A stretch of DNA of 63,502 nt, counting the filler, from Clostridiaceae bacterium (lineage in GTDB: Bacteria > Bacillota > Clostridia > CAYPLH01 > DUMO01), in the NCBI GenBank assembly GCA_012839865.1. It is 4 parts of 4 records of this genome, joined end to end, with 100 filler letters (N's around TTAATTAATTAA, not from the genome) between each part and the next. Parts side by side here need not be neighbours in the genome. Positions count along the whole stretch, not along the records: positions 35,961 to 55,343 come from DUMO01000052.1; 3 more parts are not named here. One strand, given 5' to 3'. Under the pieces are notes generated by a model. That model was not told where the DNA came from, searched no databases, and saw only the letters and a program-made list of their open reading frames with translations. The first letter of the stretch is position 1; each line of letters begins with the position of its first letter. The position numbers and the translations under genes were made by a program. This document shows positions 38,271-47,460 of this stretch, in pieces.

Positions 38271-40172
38271 TTAATATATCCTTACTTCGAAAATTCTTGC
38301 ATCCGGATCTCCGTTCGTTGCTGTAACACAAATCTGCACCTGGTCTCCGACTACAGCTTCAGGCAAATCGATAACATTGAGCCTCTGGTAATTTCCCCTT
38401 ACCTGGTGTTCCCATACAACCTTGTCCCCATTTTTAACCACCAGATTATAATCCTTTACAAGCTCCTTATCAACACCAACCCGCTGTTTTTCAATAAAGG
38501 CCTTTGAAATCGTAATGCAGCGTTCCTCAGATAAGTTGGGGTCAAAGGTAAGGCGGATTTGCGAAATTTTTGAAGCTTCCTTCAATTTCAAACTCAGTGT
38601 CTCGCCACCGTCTCTGATACCGTCCGAACACCAGAGGTTCATGGTTTCTCCGATATTTCTGGCAACTCCGTTAATTACTTTTACAGCCTCACACCCTGCT
38701 TTTTCCGAAGTGGCGGTAACGGTTGCGGTCCTGGCCATGTCTTTTTCATCCATATTTTTTAATCCCATGATGTAGCAATCATTTTTCAATAACTCCTGCC
38801 GCAATTCCTGAATATATATCTGCCCGAATTCCCTGGGGGTGCAACCGGCCTTTACTGCCATCGCCGCAGCTGTTCCGACTGCTTCACCGCCAATGGCACA
38901 GGTCCCCATAACCCGGGTTGATCCCATGGCAATCTTTGATGCGCTGATGTTTCTTCCTGCCATCATCAGATTTTTAATATTTTTGGAGTAATAGCACCTG
39001 TAGGGTATTGAATAAAACCCGTCAAAGCTTCTAACCATGGAGGGAATTTCGCCTTTTGCCGCAAAACCGCCGGCAATATGCTCATCCATTGGCCATCCGC
39101 CATACGCAACTCCGTCCTCGTGAATTACGTTATTTACTATATCATGCTCGGTTAGAATATAATCTCCAACCAGTCTCCTGCTCTCTCTGGTGCCTGCAAC
39201 GGTTCCTACCCATACAAGCTCATAATTTTCAGCCCCATGGTCCCCGCCGTTTTTAATATGATCCCATACTCCGTATACTATCTTGTATAGCTCATAACGG
39301 ATATCTTCAGCCTGCTTTATTATATCGTCCCAGTCACCGCCCAGCTCAATCCACCAGTAACCTGACTGGACATCATATTTTTCAACAAGCTTGTCGGAAT
39401 AGTTTTCATAATCGGCATCCTTGTCCAGGACTACTACATCGTCTGCATCATGATAAACGACGGTTTCTCCATGATACCTGTGCTTAAAGTGACTTTCATC
39501 AAAAGTATATGCCCATGAAGGTTTTACAAACTTAACAGGTTTCCCTGTATCTCTTGCAACAAAGTACAGTGTGTTGCCCATGGTCTTTCCGTCAGGCTTG
39601 TCAGGAGCGTATTTTTCATTGAATTCCTCCCTGCCTTCCCGGCCGACTCTGTATTCCGCACCGGCAAAGTAACCCAGTGTGCCATGACCTGTTGCATCCA
39701 CAAAAATACCAGCTGTAAATTCATACCTTGTTTCAGTGGTCATCTGGTAACACTGAATTGACTTAATCTCAGCTCCGTCGGAAATAACCCTGTCCATGGT
39801 GGTATTCATATAGCTGTCAAGGTTTTCCGTATTCTTTACTTTTGACCATAGCACGCCGTCCCATATGGAAAAGTTGAAATTATAATTCAAGTATTTGTTA
39901 TCCAACTGGAGTTCCATTAAAATACCGGTTTCAGCCGCATTCTTTTTGCCCCAGTGGCAAGATGCGCCTGAAACATGCAGCCTGACTTCCGAACTTGCAT
40001 TTCCGCCATAAACACTCCGGTCATGAATCAAAGCTGTTTTTGCACCTTGTCTTGCTGAAGCAATTGCTGCACACAAACCGCTCATGCCGCCTCCGACAAC
40101 AACAACATCGTAATGCTTTTTTACAGGCGGATTCTGAGAGCTCTTTGGTATTTCATGAATAAAATATTTCAT
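38271..40172 (-). CDS. FAD-dependent oxidoreductase (PF12831-like) with C-terminal beta-sandwich / F5-8 type C-like domain
   Basis: VVVGGGMSGLCAAIASAR...GGNASSE, DATGHG, RESRR, MMAGRNISA, RVMGTC. Confidence 0.9.
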   Translation of the reverse strand: MKYFIHEIPKSSQNPPVKKHYDVVVVGGGMSGLCAAIASARQGAKTALIHDRSVYGGNASSEVRLHVSGASCHWGKKNAAETGILMELQLDNKYLNYNFNFSIWDGVLWSKVKNTENLDSYMNTTMDRVISDGAEIKSIQCYQMTTETRYEFTAGIFVDATGHGTLGYFAGAEYRVGREGREEFNEKYAPDKPDGKTMGNTLYFVARDTGKPVKFVKPSWAYTFDESHFKHRYHGETVVYHDADDVVVLDKDADYENYSDKLVEKYDVQSGYWWIELGGDWDDIIKQAEDIRYELYKIVYGVWDHIKNGGDHGAENYELVWVGTVAGTRESRRLVGDYILTEHDIVNNVIHEDGVAYGGWPMDEHIAGGFAAKGEIPSMVRSFDGFYSIPYRCYYSKNIKNLMMAGRNISASKIAMGSTRVMGTCAIGGEAVGTAAAMAVKAGCTPREFGQIYIQELRQELLKNDCYIMGLKNMDEKDMARTATVTATSEKAGCEAVKVINGVARNIGETMNLWCSDGIRDGGETLSLKLKEASKISQIRLTFDPNLSEERCITISKAFIEKQRVGVDKELVKDYNLVVKNGDKVVWEHQVRGNYQRLNVIDLPEAVVGDQVQICVTATNGDPDARIFEVRIY

Positions 40173-40328
40173 AATAAACTTCCTCCCGGTCAATGTATTA
40201 TCTATAAATTGATCTGAGTTTCACAAGATGCTGTTCATTGCAGCAACCATCCGGTCAATGCAATAACACCATTGATTGCTGCCTAAATGCTCCAACTCTC
40301 TTTATTCCCTTCTTCTTCCCATGATAAG

Positions 40329-41354
40329 CTAACGCTGTACATCAATTAATACCTTCATGCACTTTTCCTTGCTTTCCTCAATGAATTCATACGCCTTTTG
40401 ATATTCAGTAAAAGGAAAGTTTTTGGATATAAGAGGCAGAAGGGATACTTTTTTAGCCTGGGCCAGCTTAACGGCATCCAGGTAATCCTCCTCCAGGTAC
40501 ATCATTGATGTACCAAGATCCAATTCATGGTCGTTAAGGGTGGCAAGGTCTACGGTTGCAGGACCTGCAAATACTGCAATCAGAATAATGGTGCTTCCCT
40601 TTCTGGCATACTTTATTGCCTGTCCCATGGAAGTATTGGTGCCTGCACAATCATAAATGACATCGGCCTTATCCGGACCAAAATTCGCTAATATAGCATC
40701 TCCCAGGTTGTTTTCAGCTGTGTTGATGCAAATATCTATACCGCATTCCCTGGCCTTCTTCAAACGCCAGTCAGCTATATCCGTAATCATGACCTTTTCT
40801 GCTCCCATACCCTTTGCAGTCTGGGCCACCAGGTTGCCAATGGGTCCTGCCCCCAGCACAACCACTTTCTTTCCGGTAATATCCCGTGCTTTCTTGATTG
40901 CATGAACTGCAACTGCAAGTGGTTCTATCAAGGCTCCCTCGTCAAAGCTCATTTCATCAGGCAGGGCTATTACATTTTCCTGCTCTGCTGCAAAATAACG
41001 GGATGCCGTACCGGTTGCCTGAAAACCGATAACCTTAAGTTTTTCACACAGGTTGTAGGAACCATGTGTACAGGGGTAACATTCACCACAAACAATCTGC
41101 GGCCTGACAGTAACTTTCTGTCCAACTCTGAATTTTTTTACGTTGCTTCCTACTGCTGCAACCTCCGCAGAAACTTCATGTCCCTGTGTTAAAGGGTAAG
41201 TTACAAATGGGTGTTTTCCATGAAAGACGTGAATGTCTGATCCGCAAATCCCGATCTTCATCATTTTTAATAATACTTGATTTTCCGTGATTTTTGGCAC
41301 TTCCACCTCCCGGAAACTAATTGAAAATGGAGCTGTTATTAATTGCTGTAGCAT
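40329..41354 (-). CDS. Zn-dependent polyol/sugar dehydrogenase
   Basis: GICGSD, GHE, CGECYPC...C, GAGPIG. Confidence 0.92.
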   Translation of the reverse strand: MLQQLITAPFSISFREVEVPKITENQVLLKMMKIGICGSDIHVFHGKHPFVTYPLTQGHEVSAEVAAVGSNVKKFRVGQKVTVRPQIVCGECYPCTHGSYNLCEKLKVIGFQATGTASRYFAAEQENVIALPDEMSFDEGALIEPLAVAVHAIKKARDITGKKVVVLGAGPIGNLVAQTAKGMGAEKVMITDIADWRLKKARECGIDICINTAENNLGDAILANFGPDKADVIYDCAGTNTSMGQAIKYARKGSTIILIAVFAGPATVDLATLNDHELDLGTSMMYLEEDYLDAVKLAQAKKVSLLPLISKNFPFTEYQKAYEFIEESKEKCMKVLIDVQR

Positions 41355-41504
41355 ACGGTTAATCCCCTTTGTTCAGAAATGGTGTGTAATGATTATGTTA
41401 ATACTTTAATAAAATACTTTATCTAAGTCTAATTTAATTATATAATATTTAATATTTTTGTCAAGAAGATATTCTCCAAGAGAAATCCAGGTGATGGCAA
41501 AAAT

Positions 41505-41533
41505 AGAGGGCGGTCCTGTTGCCCGTCCCCTCT
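41505..41533. repeat. REP-like palindrome
   Basis: AGAGGGCGGTCCTGTTGCCCGTCCCCTCT. Confidence 0.45.
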
Positions 41534-41540
41534 CATCTGC

Positions 41541-41855
41541 TTACAGCGATAATAAATACTGTCCAAGTTTATATGCAAACTTCAAAAGGTCATCCCGAAA
41601 TTCTCCGTCGGGAAGCACGTCAAAGAACCGGTGCACCTCGTATGCAAAATCTTCCTCGTAGTCAATATCCTTAAGAGCATTCATTACTTCACGCCAGTCG
41701 ATACTTCCATAGAATGGCAGCAGGTGTTCATCAGTTTCGCCGTAGTTGACGTGCACATGTGTGGCTTTCAGCCTCTTCCCGATATACCTCGGAGCCTCAG
41801 GTTGATTGATTTTATTAACCTGGGCATGCCCCAAATAAACATGTATAACTGCTTA
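41541..41855 (-). pseudogene. C-terminal remnant of a TIM-barrel sugar-phosphate isomerase/epimerase
   Basis: GHA...IGKRLKATHVH.NYG.TDEHLLPF.G.IDW paralogous to the 43188-44069 C-terminus; N-terminal two-thirds absent; in-frame stop immediately upstream. Confidence 0.8.
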
Positions 41856-41859
41856 GTTT

Positions 41860-42990
41860 TCAAAAATGGTTGATAAAATCATTGATAGGCTGAAGAGCTG
41901 CACCAAAAGCGGAAGCCTTCTGCTTGCACTTGCACGCTTTCAGGAATGAAACCCCGTTTTCTCCAAAGGTGTCCAAGTTCCCGACCATTATTCTCAATTC
42001 AGGAAGATACGGTTCAATATATCCTCCTACGTATCCGCCCAGCATGATATCGCAGTCAAAAGCCATGCGCAAATTAATAACCGCTACAGCAAGGTTCTTT
42101 AAATAAGTCTCCCAGACTTTTTTCAATTCCGGATCTCCCTTGTTCAGCTTCTGGAAGAAACCATCAAGGGGTCCGCCGCATGCTTCAGACAAAACCAGGG
42201 CAGAGCAATAAGCATCCAGGCATCCAAGCTGTCCGCAGTAGCATTCCTTTCCATGGGGAATAAGCCTCATATGTCCAAACTCACAGGAACGCTGGTTGAT
42301 CCCCTTATATAGCTCACCGTTGATTATTACCGCTCCACCGACACTGTTGCTAAGCGATAGATAAGCCATGGTGCTGTCATTGTCAATATAGTGGAGTTCT
42401 GCCATTATTGCCGCATTGGCGTCGTTTATAAAGTATGCAGGCCAGGGAATATATTGGGATAAAACCGAGCAATGCAGGTTTCTGAAACCGAGAGCATGGG
42501 AATAGGTAATAATCATTTTTTCTTCATCCACTATTCCAGGTACCGATATACCTACTCCATGAAGGCGGTCTTCAAGGTTTTTGTGGCCTTTTAATATATT
42601 CTTCGCCAGTTCCCCCAGCTTTTTATAATATGATTCCTCCCGGGCAAAGGGCATCTCTACATGTTTTACCTCTTTGATGGCGCCCGCCAGGTCTACCAGG
42701 AGCAAATCAACATAATTTTTGGTGATATCTATACCCAAAGAAAGCTTTGCATCGGGACAGCTTGTTATAATAGTAGCTTTTCTTCCGCCGGTTGATTCAT
42801 ATTGTCCAACCTCCTGAACATACCCGCTCTCACAAAGCTCCCTTACATTTTGCAGAACCGTCGGCATACTAATTCGCAGTGCATATGCAATTTCCTGCCG
42901 TGATGTTTCTTTACGTTCACATATAAAACTGAAAATTCGGCGCTTATAAAGCTGTCTGATCTCCAATTTTTTCTTTGATTCTCTTCCCAT
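41860..42990 (-). CDS. ROK family transcriptional regulator
   Basis: N-terminal HTH (SRQEIA..LRISMPTV), INDANAA, EFGHM, CYCGQLGCL. Confidence 0.92.
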   Translation of the reverse strand: MGRESKKKLEIRQLYKRRIFSFICERKETSRQEIAYALRISMPTVLQNVRELCESGYVQEVGQYESTGGRKATIITSCPDAKLSLGIDITKNYVDLLLVDLAGAIKEVKHVEMPFAREESYYKKLGELAKNILKGHKNLEDRLHGVGISVPGIVDEEKMIITYSHALGFRNLHCSVLSQYIPWPAYFINDANAAIMAELHYIDNDSTMAYLSLSNSVGGAVIINGELYKGINQRSCEFGHMRLIPHGKECYCGQLGCLDAYCSALVLSEACGGPLDGFFQKLNKGDPELKKVWETYLKNLAVAVINLRMAFDCDIMLGGYVGGYIEPYLPELRIMVGNLDTFGENGVSFLKACKCKQKASAFGAALQPINDFINHF

Positions 42991-43187
42991 GTGTCCACTC
43001 CGTTTTAATACAGAATTATTAGCAATTTACTTGGTATTACCTTACATCCGGTACCGCATTCAATATTTTACCATACAAACACACGTTTTTGTTATATTAA
43101 ATTTCACTTAAGGCATATCTCCCTGGCAGGTGGGGGCATGGGTGTGAGCTCTCCAGCGCCCGCCAAGGGTTGGCCTTGCCTGCAGCC

Positions 43188-44069
43188 TTAAGCTTTGCCG
43201 GCCAGGGACAAAAGGTAAAGGCCGACTTCATATATATGCTTTGCATGAAGCATCTGTATAAAATCCGGTTTGTTTCTATTAGTGCTGACCTCAAAGGTAA
43301 ATGCCCTGTCATACCCGATTTCAGTCAGGGTCTCCATTATAGGCCTCCACTGGATGTTGCCAGTAAAGGGTATCATATGCGCATCCGTCGTACCGAAATT
43401 GTCATGCACATGAGTAGCTTTCAGGCGTTTCCCCAGTGTCCGGAGGGCTTCCCTTTGATCCTTGTAAATAATGTTGGCATGTCCAAAATCCCAGCAGGCA
43501 CCAACATTCGGTGCATTGACCGTATCAATGAAGTCCGCAAGCTCCCAGGCAGTCAACATGTAGCGTATGACGCATTTATTCCCTGTAGTCGTATTTTCAA
43601 AGGCGATTCCTACATTTTCCTTCAAGGCTGCTTCGATAAAAGGTGTATAAAATTCAATTGCCTTTTTCTTTATGTCCGGGGCAAAACCCTGTTCCTCTGA
43701 TTTATGGGCAACATGAACCACCGCCCACTTTACCCCCAGACTTCCGCAGGCATGAATGCCGCGATATAACGAATTCTTAAAGAATTCAATTTCCTCCTCA
43801 TCCTCAAACCTTTTATCGTTTATGGTGAAGAACGGAAGATGTGCGGATTCAAAAGTTATGCCCAATTTTTCTTTTTCATTTGCAATTTTGTCAATCCATT
43901 TTTCCCAGTCGGGACTGCTAAGGGGATTATCCTTTTCCAATGCAGTATGCAAACTTGCATCCAGTACTTTAAATCCTACTTCCCTGCACATTTTCATGGA
44001 TTCTTCCATAGGAAAGCTGGAACCATCCTCGCGGGTTCCGAATATGTTTGTCACTGTTGATAGATACAT
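43188..44069 (-). CDS. Sugar-phosphate isomerase/epimerase (AP_endonuc_2 TIM barrel)
   Basis: FEN, WDFGHA, HVHDN, H.IPF.G, TFE metal ligands. Confidence 0.9.
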   Translation of the reverse strand: MYLSTVTNIFGTREDGSSFPMEESMKMCREVGFKVLDASLHTALEKDNPLSSPDWEKWIDKIANEKEKLGITFESAHLPFFTINDKRFEDEEEIEFFKNSLYRGIHACGSLGVKWAVVHVAHKSEEQGFAPDIKKKAIEFYTPFIEAALKENVGIAFENTTTGNKCVIRYMLTAWELADFIDTVNAPNVGACWDFGHANIIYKDQREALRTLGKRLKATHVHDNFGTTDAHMIPFTGNIQWRPIMETLTEIGYDRAFTFEVSTNRNKPDFIQMLHAKHIYEVGLYLLSLAGKA

Positions 44070-44265
44070 GCTCTATAACGCTTCCTTTCTACAACCTTTC
44101 GGTCATATCGCATACAAGATACTTTTTTAAAGTTATGGCATCCGGTTTTCTTTGCTCCTGCCTTGGCCAAACTGTGTACAAAGCACGCTTTCTTCCTGCC
44201 TTGCGTCCCTCTTGCCATAACCAGATTTTATAATCAAAACTGCCAGTTGAGGAATGGTCTTCTCC

Positions 44266-45090
44266 TTAATCTGAATGCTGCAGTTTTGCATCAATTATTT
44301 CAACCAGGTCTGCCAGGGCACCTTCCATCATGTCGCAGACCGTAACTTCACATGCGGCCTTGACCTTTTCTCCGGCATTTTCCGGGCATACGCCGGTTCC
44401 TGCCATTTTTATCATATCTATATCATTAGAGCTGTCCCCTATGCCATAGGTGTTTTCAACAGGAACATTCAGCATCCGGGCAATCTCCAGAAGGGCCGTA
44501 CCCTTTGAAACGCCACAGGGCATCAGGCAGTGGGATATGCCTCCTGTACGTATTTCGTCAAACTTGTTTTCAGACCGTTCAGCGGTATATTCTGCCACTC
44601 TTCTTATTGTATCCTTGTCCCCGGCAAACAGGATACGTGAAATTGGTTGGTCAAATTCAAAAATGTCCACCATATCTCCCTGGGGGCGGGTGGATTGGGT
44701 AAGTTCGTCAAACACCGGGATGTCCCTGGCTATTGACACACCTGTGGCTGTAAACAGCTCAACACGAACATTTTCAAATTTGCTGTACACCTCCCGGGCA
44801 ACAGTCAGTGCATGGGGGTCTATAAAGTGGCTTTTTAAAATTTGCTGCTTCTCGTAATCATAAATAATTGCTCCATTACATAGGGAGGCAGGTGCATTAA
44901 TGGTAAACATGTGCAGAAACACCCCAAGAGAATCAACAGGTCTTGCGGTGTTGATTGTAAAATAACCGCCATTTTCCATGAAATATTTAAGTGCTGTCAA
45001 ATTCCTCTCCGGAATGAATCCCGTTCTGAAAAAGGTATCATCAAAATCACTTGAAATCAAAATACCTTGAAATCTGCCTTGGCTGCCCAA
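44266..45090 (-). CDS. Cof-type HAD-IIB hydrolase
   Basis: SDFDDTF, NTAR, SKGTAL, GDSSNDIDM. Confidence 0.9.
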   Translation of the reverse strand: MGSQGRFQGILISSDFDDTFFRTGFIPERNLTALKYFMENGGYFTINTARPVDSLGVFLHMFTINAPASLCNGAIIYDYEKQQILKSHFIDPHALTVAREVYSKFENVRVELFTATGVSIARDIPVFDELTQSTRPQGDMVDIFEFDQPISRILFAGDKDTIRRVAEYTAERSENKFDEIRTGGISHCLMPCGVSKGTALLEIARMLNVPVENTYGIGDSSNDIDMIKMAGTGVCPENAGEKVKAACEVTVCDMMEGALADLVEIIDAKLQHSD

Positions 45091-45263
45091 TATTTTTCCT
45101 CCTAACCCTAATTATGTACTTTTGTTATATTAAACTTTTTAAAAAAATTTAATAAAACATTTACTTAAATAATAGTTGAAAATTCAATCATTTTAAAGTT
45201 AATTTTTTAACATTTTTATAAATGATTCAAGCCAGTTTTTTAAATTCATTATTCAACCGGCCT

Positions 45264-45510
45264 TTAATAATAGTATTCACTGGTTCTATCCTTTTCGGTT
45301 ATTACTTCCGGACCGCCGGTCTTATCCATTGTCACCTTCACGCATCCGTCGAAATAAGACTGGAACACTTCCGTTCCTGCATTTTTATACCTTGCATGAT
45401 GAAACAAAGACATTTTCACTCCTCCGGTGGCCACTGCGACCTTAGCTGACACAGCCTTGACAAACTCTTCGGAGTGTGAAGTGCTTTCACCGTGATGTGG
45501 AATTTTCAGG
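45264..45510 (-). pseudogene. C-terminal fragment of a ComEC-like metallo-beta-lactamase hydrolase
   Basis: LKIPHHGESTSHSEEFVKAVSAKVAV. Confidence 0.75.
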
Positions 45511-45790
45511 CTCTGAACCAGGGGAAGGCAGCATGGCACAAACTTCAACGGGACCTGCCGGTTCCGAAGACAGTACCGGTTCCAATGAAGATACGGAATC
45601 CGGGGAAGAGGGATATGTATACCCACTTGAAGTTCGTACAAAAGAAATTGTCTCTTCCGAAGGCGAAGAAGGAAAGCTGGTTTTCCGGTTCCTAAATGAC
45701 AACCAGATTATGGGAAAGTGGGGAGATGCCTGCTTTATCCGCTTCCCCAACGGAGAGACCATGATGATAGATGCCGGCCACTCCGCCGTC
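45510..45790 (+). pseudogene. Inverted N-terminal/internal fragment of the same MBL hydrolase
   Basis: Ser/Gly/Glu linker then WGDACFIRFPNGETMMIDAG on the opposite strand. Confidence 0.72.
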
Positions 45791-45900
45791 AGCAAGGCAG
45801 TTGTCATTCCCATTCTGGCAGCTGCTATTGCAGCAGGTATGCCCCCGGGACCTCCTCCTATTACCGCAACATCATACTTTAACTGCTTTGTGTCGTACAT
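45790..45900 (-). pseudogene. N-terminal fragment of an FAD-dependent oxidoreductase
   Basis: YDVAVIGGGPGGIPAAIAAARMGM; sequence diverges immediately afterwards. Confidence 0.8.
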
Positions 45901-46019
45901 AACTTTTTGCACTCCTTGTATCTTTATTTTTATCGCTTCACCATGGGTCCTGCCATCGTAGAACCAAGTTCATCTTTTACTCTTATGTATCAGCTTATCC
46001 CGAACTCCCTCCCTAAATA

Positions 46020-46033
46020 TTGGAACGGTCCAA
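46020..46033. promoter_or_regulatory. Candidate LacI-family operator
   Basis: TTGGAACGGTCCAA, one mismatch from the palindrome TTGGACCGGTCCAA. Confidence 0.55.
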
Positions 46034-46054
46034 ATTTTAGTAAAAATAAATTGC

Positions 46055-47086
46055 CTAAATACTTCGGACAGAGTCCCGTTCAACAAGATTAACAGGTACA
46101 ATAATGTTTTCCACTTCTTTTTTGGGATTCCTCAGCCTTTCCAGAAGAAGTCTTGCTGCCTGCCTTCCGATTTGATCTTTGTTTAACGCCACACTGGTAA
46201 GGGCAGGCACTGCATGGGTCGCCAGAATGGTGTCATCATAGGTCGCAATGGAGATTTGATCCGGTATGCGCACATTTTTTTCATAGAAATATCTCATGGC
46301 ACCAACAGCCATGGCGTCACTGCTGGTAAAAACCGCAGTTGGTTTTATGTTCTGGTTGGTTAACGCATCCTTTACCGCAAGATAACCTCCAAGCGCTGTA
46401 AATTCACTCTTTGCAACCAACTCCTCCCGAAAAGGAATGCCGGCTTCAGTCAGAGCCAGATTGTATCCCTCCTTCTTCATCCTTGAAGAAGGTGTAAGTT
46501 CCGGGCCCTCTATAAAAAGAATTTCTTTATGTCCTTTGCTTATCAGGTATTGAACCCCGATATAGGTGGCAAACTTTGAATCGGTACTGACACTGTCTAT
46601 ATTCGGGTATGTACGGCCTAATATAACCATTGGGATTTTTACTTTCAGCAGGTTCTTTATAAAAGAATCGTCAAACAGCCCTCCAATAATAAACACCCCG
46701 TCAACTCTTTTTGTTTTAACTATATTCGGTAATTTGTCGGAATTGGCGGATGTTGCGGTAAACTGCTCGGTCAGGAGACCATAATTGTAGTTTTTCATTA
46801 CATCATATATTCCCCGGGAAACATCATGGTAATAATTATCGTCAATAGAATCGAAATCTGTGCGCTTTGGAGAGTCATGATTTGTAACCGGTATCATTCC
46901 AAGATTAAGCCGGCGCTTGGTGGTAAGTTCTATCGCTGCAATATTTGGGGTGTAACCCAGCTTCTCAATTGCGGTAAGCACCTTGTATTTTGTTTCCGGC
47001 CTGATTTTGGGGCTATTATTAATCACCAGGGAGACCGTACTTTTAGAAACGCCGGCCTCTATTGCTACATCGTATATTGTAGGCAT
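46055..47086 (-). CDS. LacI family transcriptional regulator
   Basis: PTIYDVAIEAGVSKSTVSLVINN...LGYTPN; periplasmic-binding-protein-like C-terminus. Confidence 0.95.
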   Translation of the reverse strand: MPTIYDVAIEAGVSKSTVSLVINNSPKIRPETKYKVLTAIEKLGYTPNIAAIELTTKRRLNLGMIPVTNHDSPKRTDFDSIDDNYYHDVSRGIYDVMKNYNYGLLTEQFTATSANSDKLPNIVKTKRVDGVFIIGGLFDDSFIKNLLKVKIPMVILGRTYPNIDSVSTDSKFATYIGVQYLISKGHKEILFIEGPELTPSSRMKKEGYNLALTEAGIPFREELVAKSEFTALGGYLAVKDALTNQNIKPTAVFTSSDAMAVGAMRYFYEKNVRIPDQISIATYDDTILATHAVPALTSVALNKDQIGRQAARLLLERLRNPKKEVENIIVPVNLVERDSVRSI

Positions 47087-47098
47087 AGGATTCAACCT

Positions 47099-47112
47099 TT
47101 CAACCGGTCCAA
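47099..47112. promoter_or_regulatory. Candidate LacI autoregulatory operator
   Basis: TTCAACCGGTCCAA, two mismatches from the same palindrome, 13 nt upstream of the ATG. Confidence 0.5.
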
Positions 47113-47180
47113 TTCTTGTATTTCAATTATATACCTGGTATGAGTGACATGTCAATATAAATATTATAAATTATAAACAC

Positions 47181-47457
47181 AGGACAGGGGACGGTTCTGT
47201 GTCTTGAGGGGACCGGGGGGACCGGGGGGACCGGGGGGACCGGGGGGCGGCTCTTCTGGTTTCCCTTACCTGATTCAGACACTATAGCCGCCCCCTGGTC
47301 TCTGGTTTCGCAAATGAAAAAGGGACGGTTGCAAACCACAATAACCATCCCCCTTGGCTCTGTTATTTTGTCACTGCAATCCCTCTTGGGTGAGAATTGC
47401 AAGGAATCAAACCATTTATTCGTTCGAAGGGACCACAGGAACAGTCCCCCTGGTCCC
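47181..47457. repeat. Cluster of REP-like palindromes including a 4x ACCGGGGGG tandem
   Basis: GGACAGGGGACGGTTCT (47182), (ACCGGGGGG)x4 at 47212-47247, hairpins at 47321-47355 and 47429-47457. Confidence 0.7.
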
Positions 47458-47460
47458 ATT

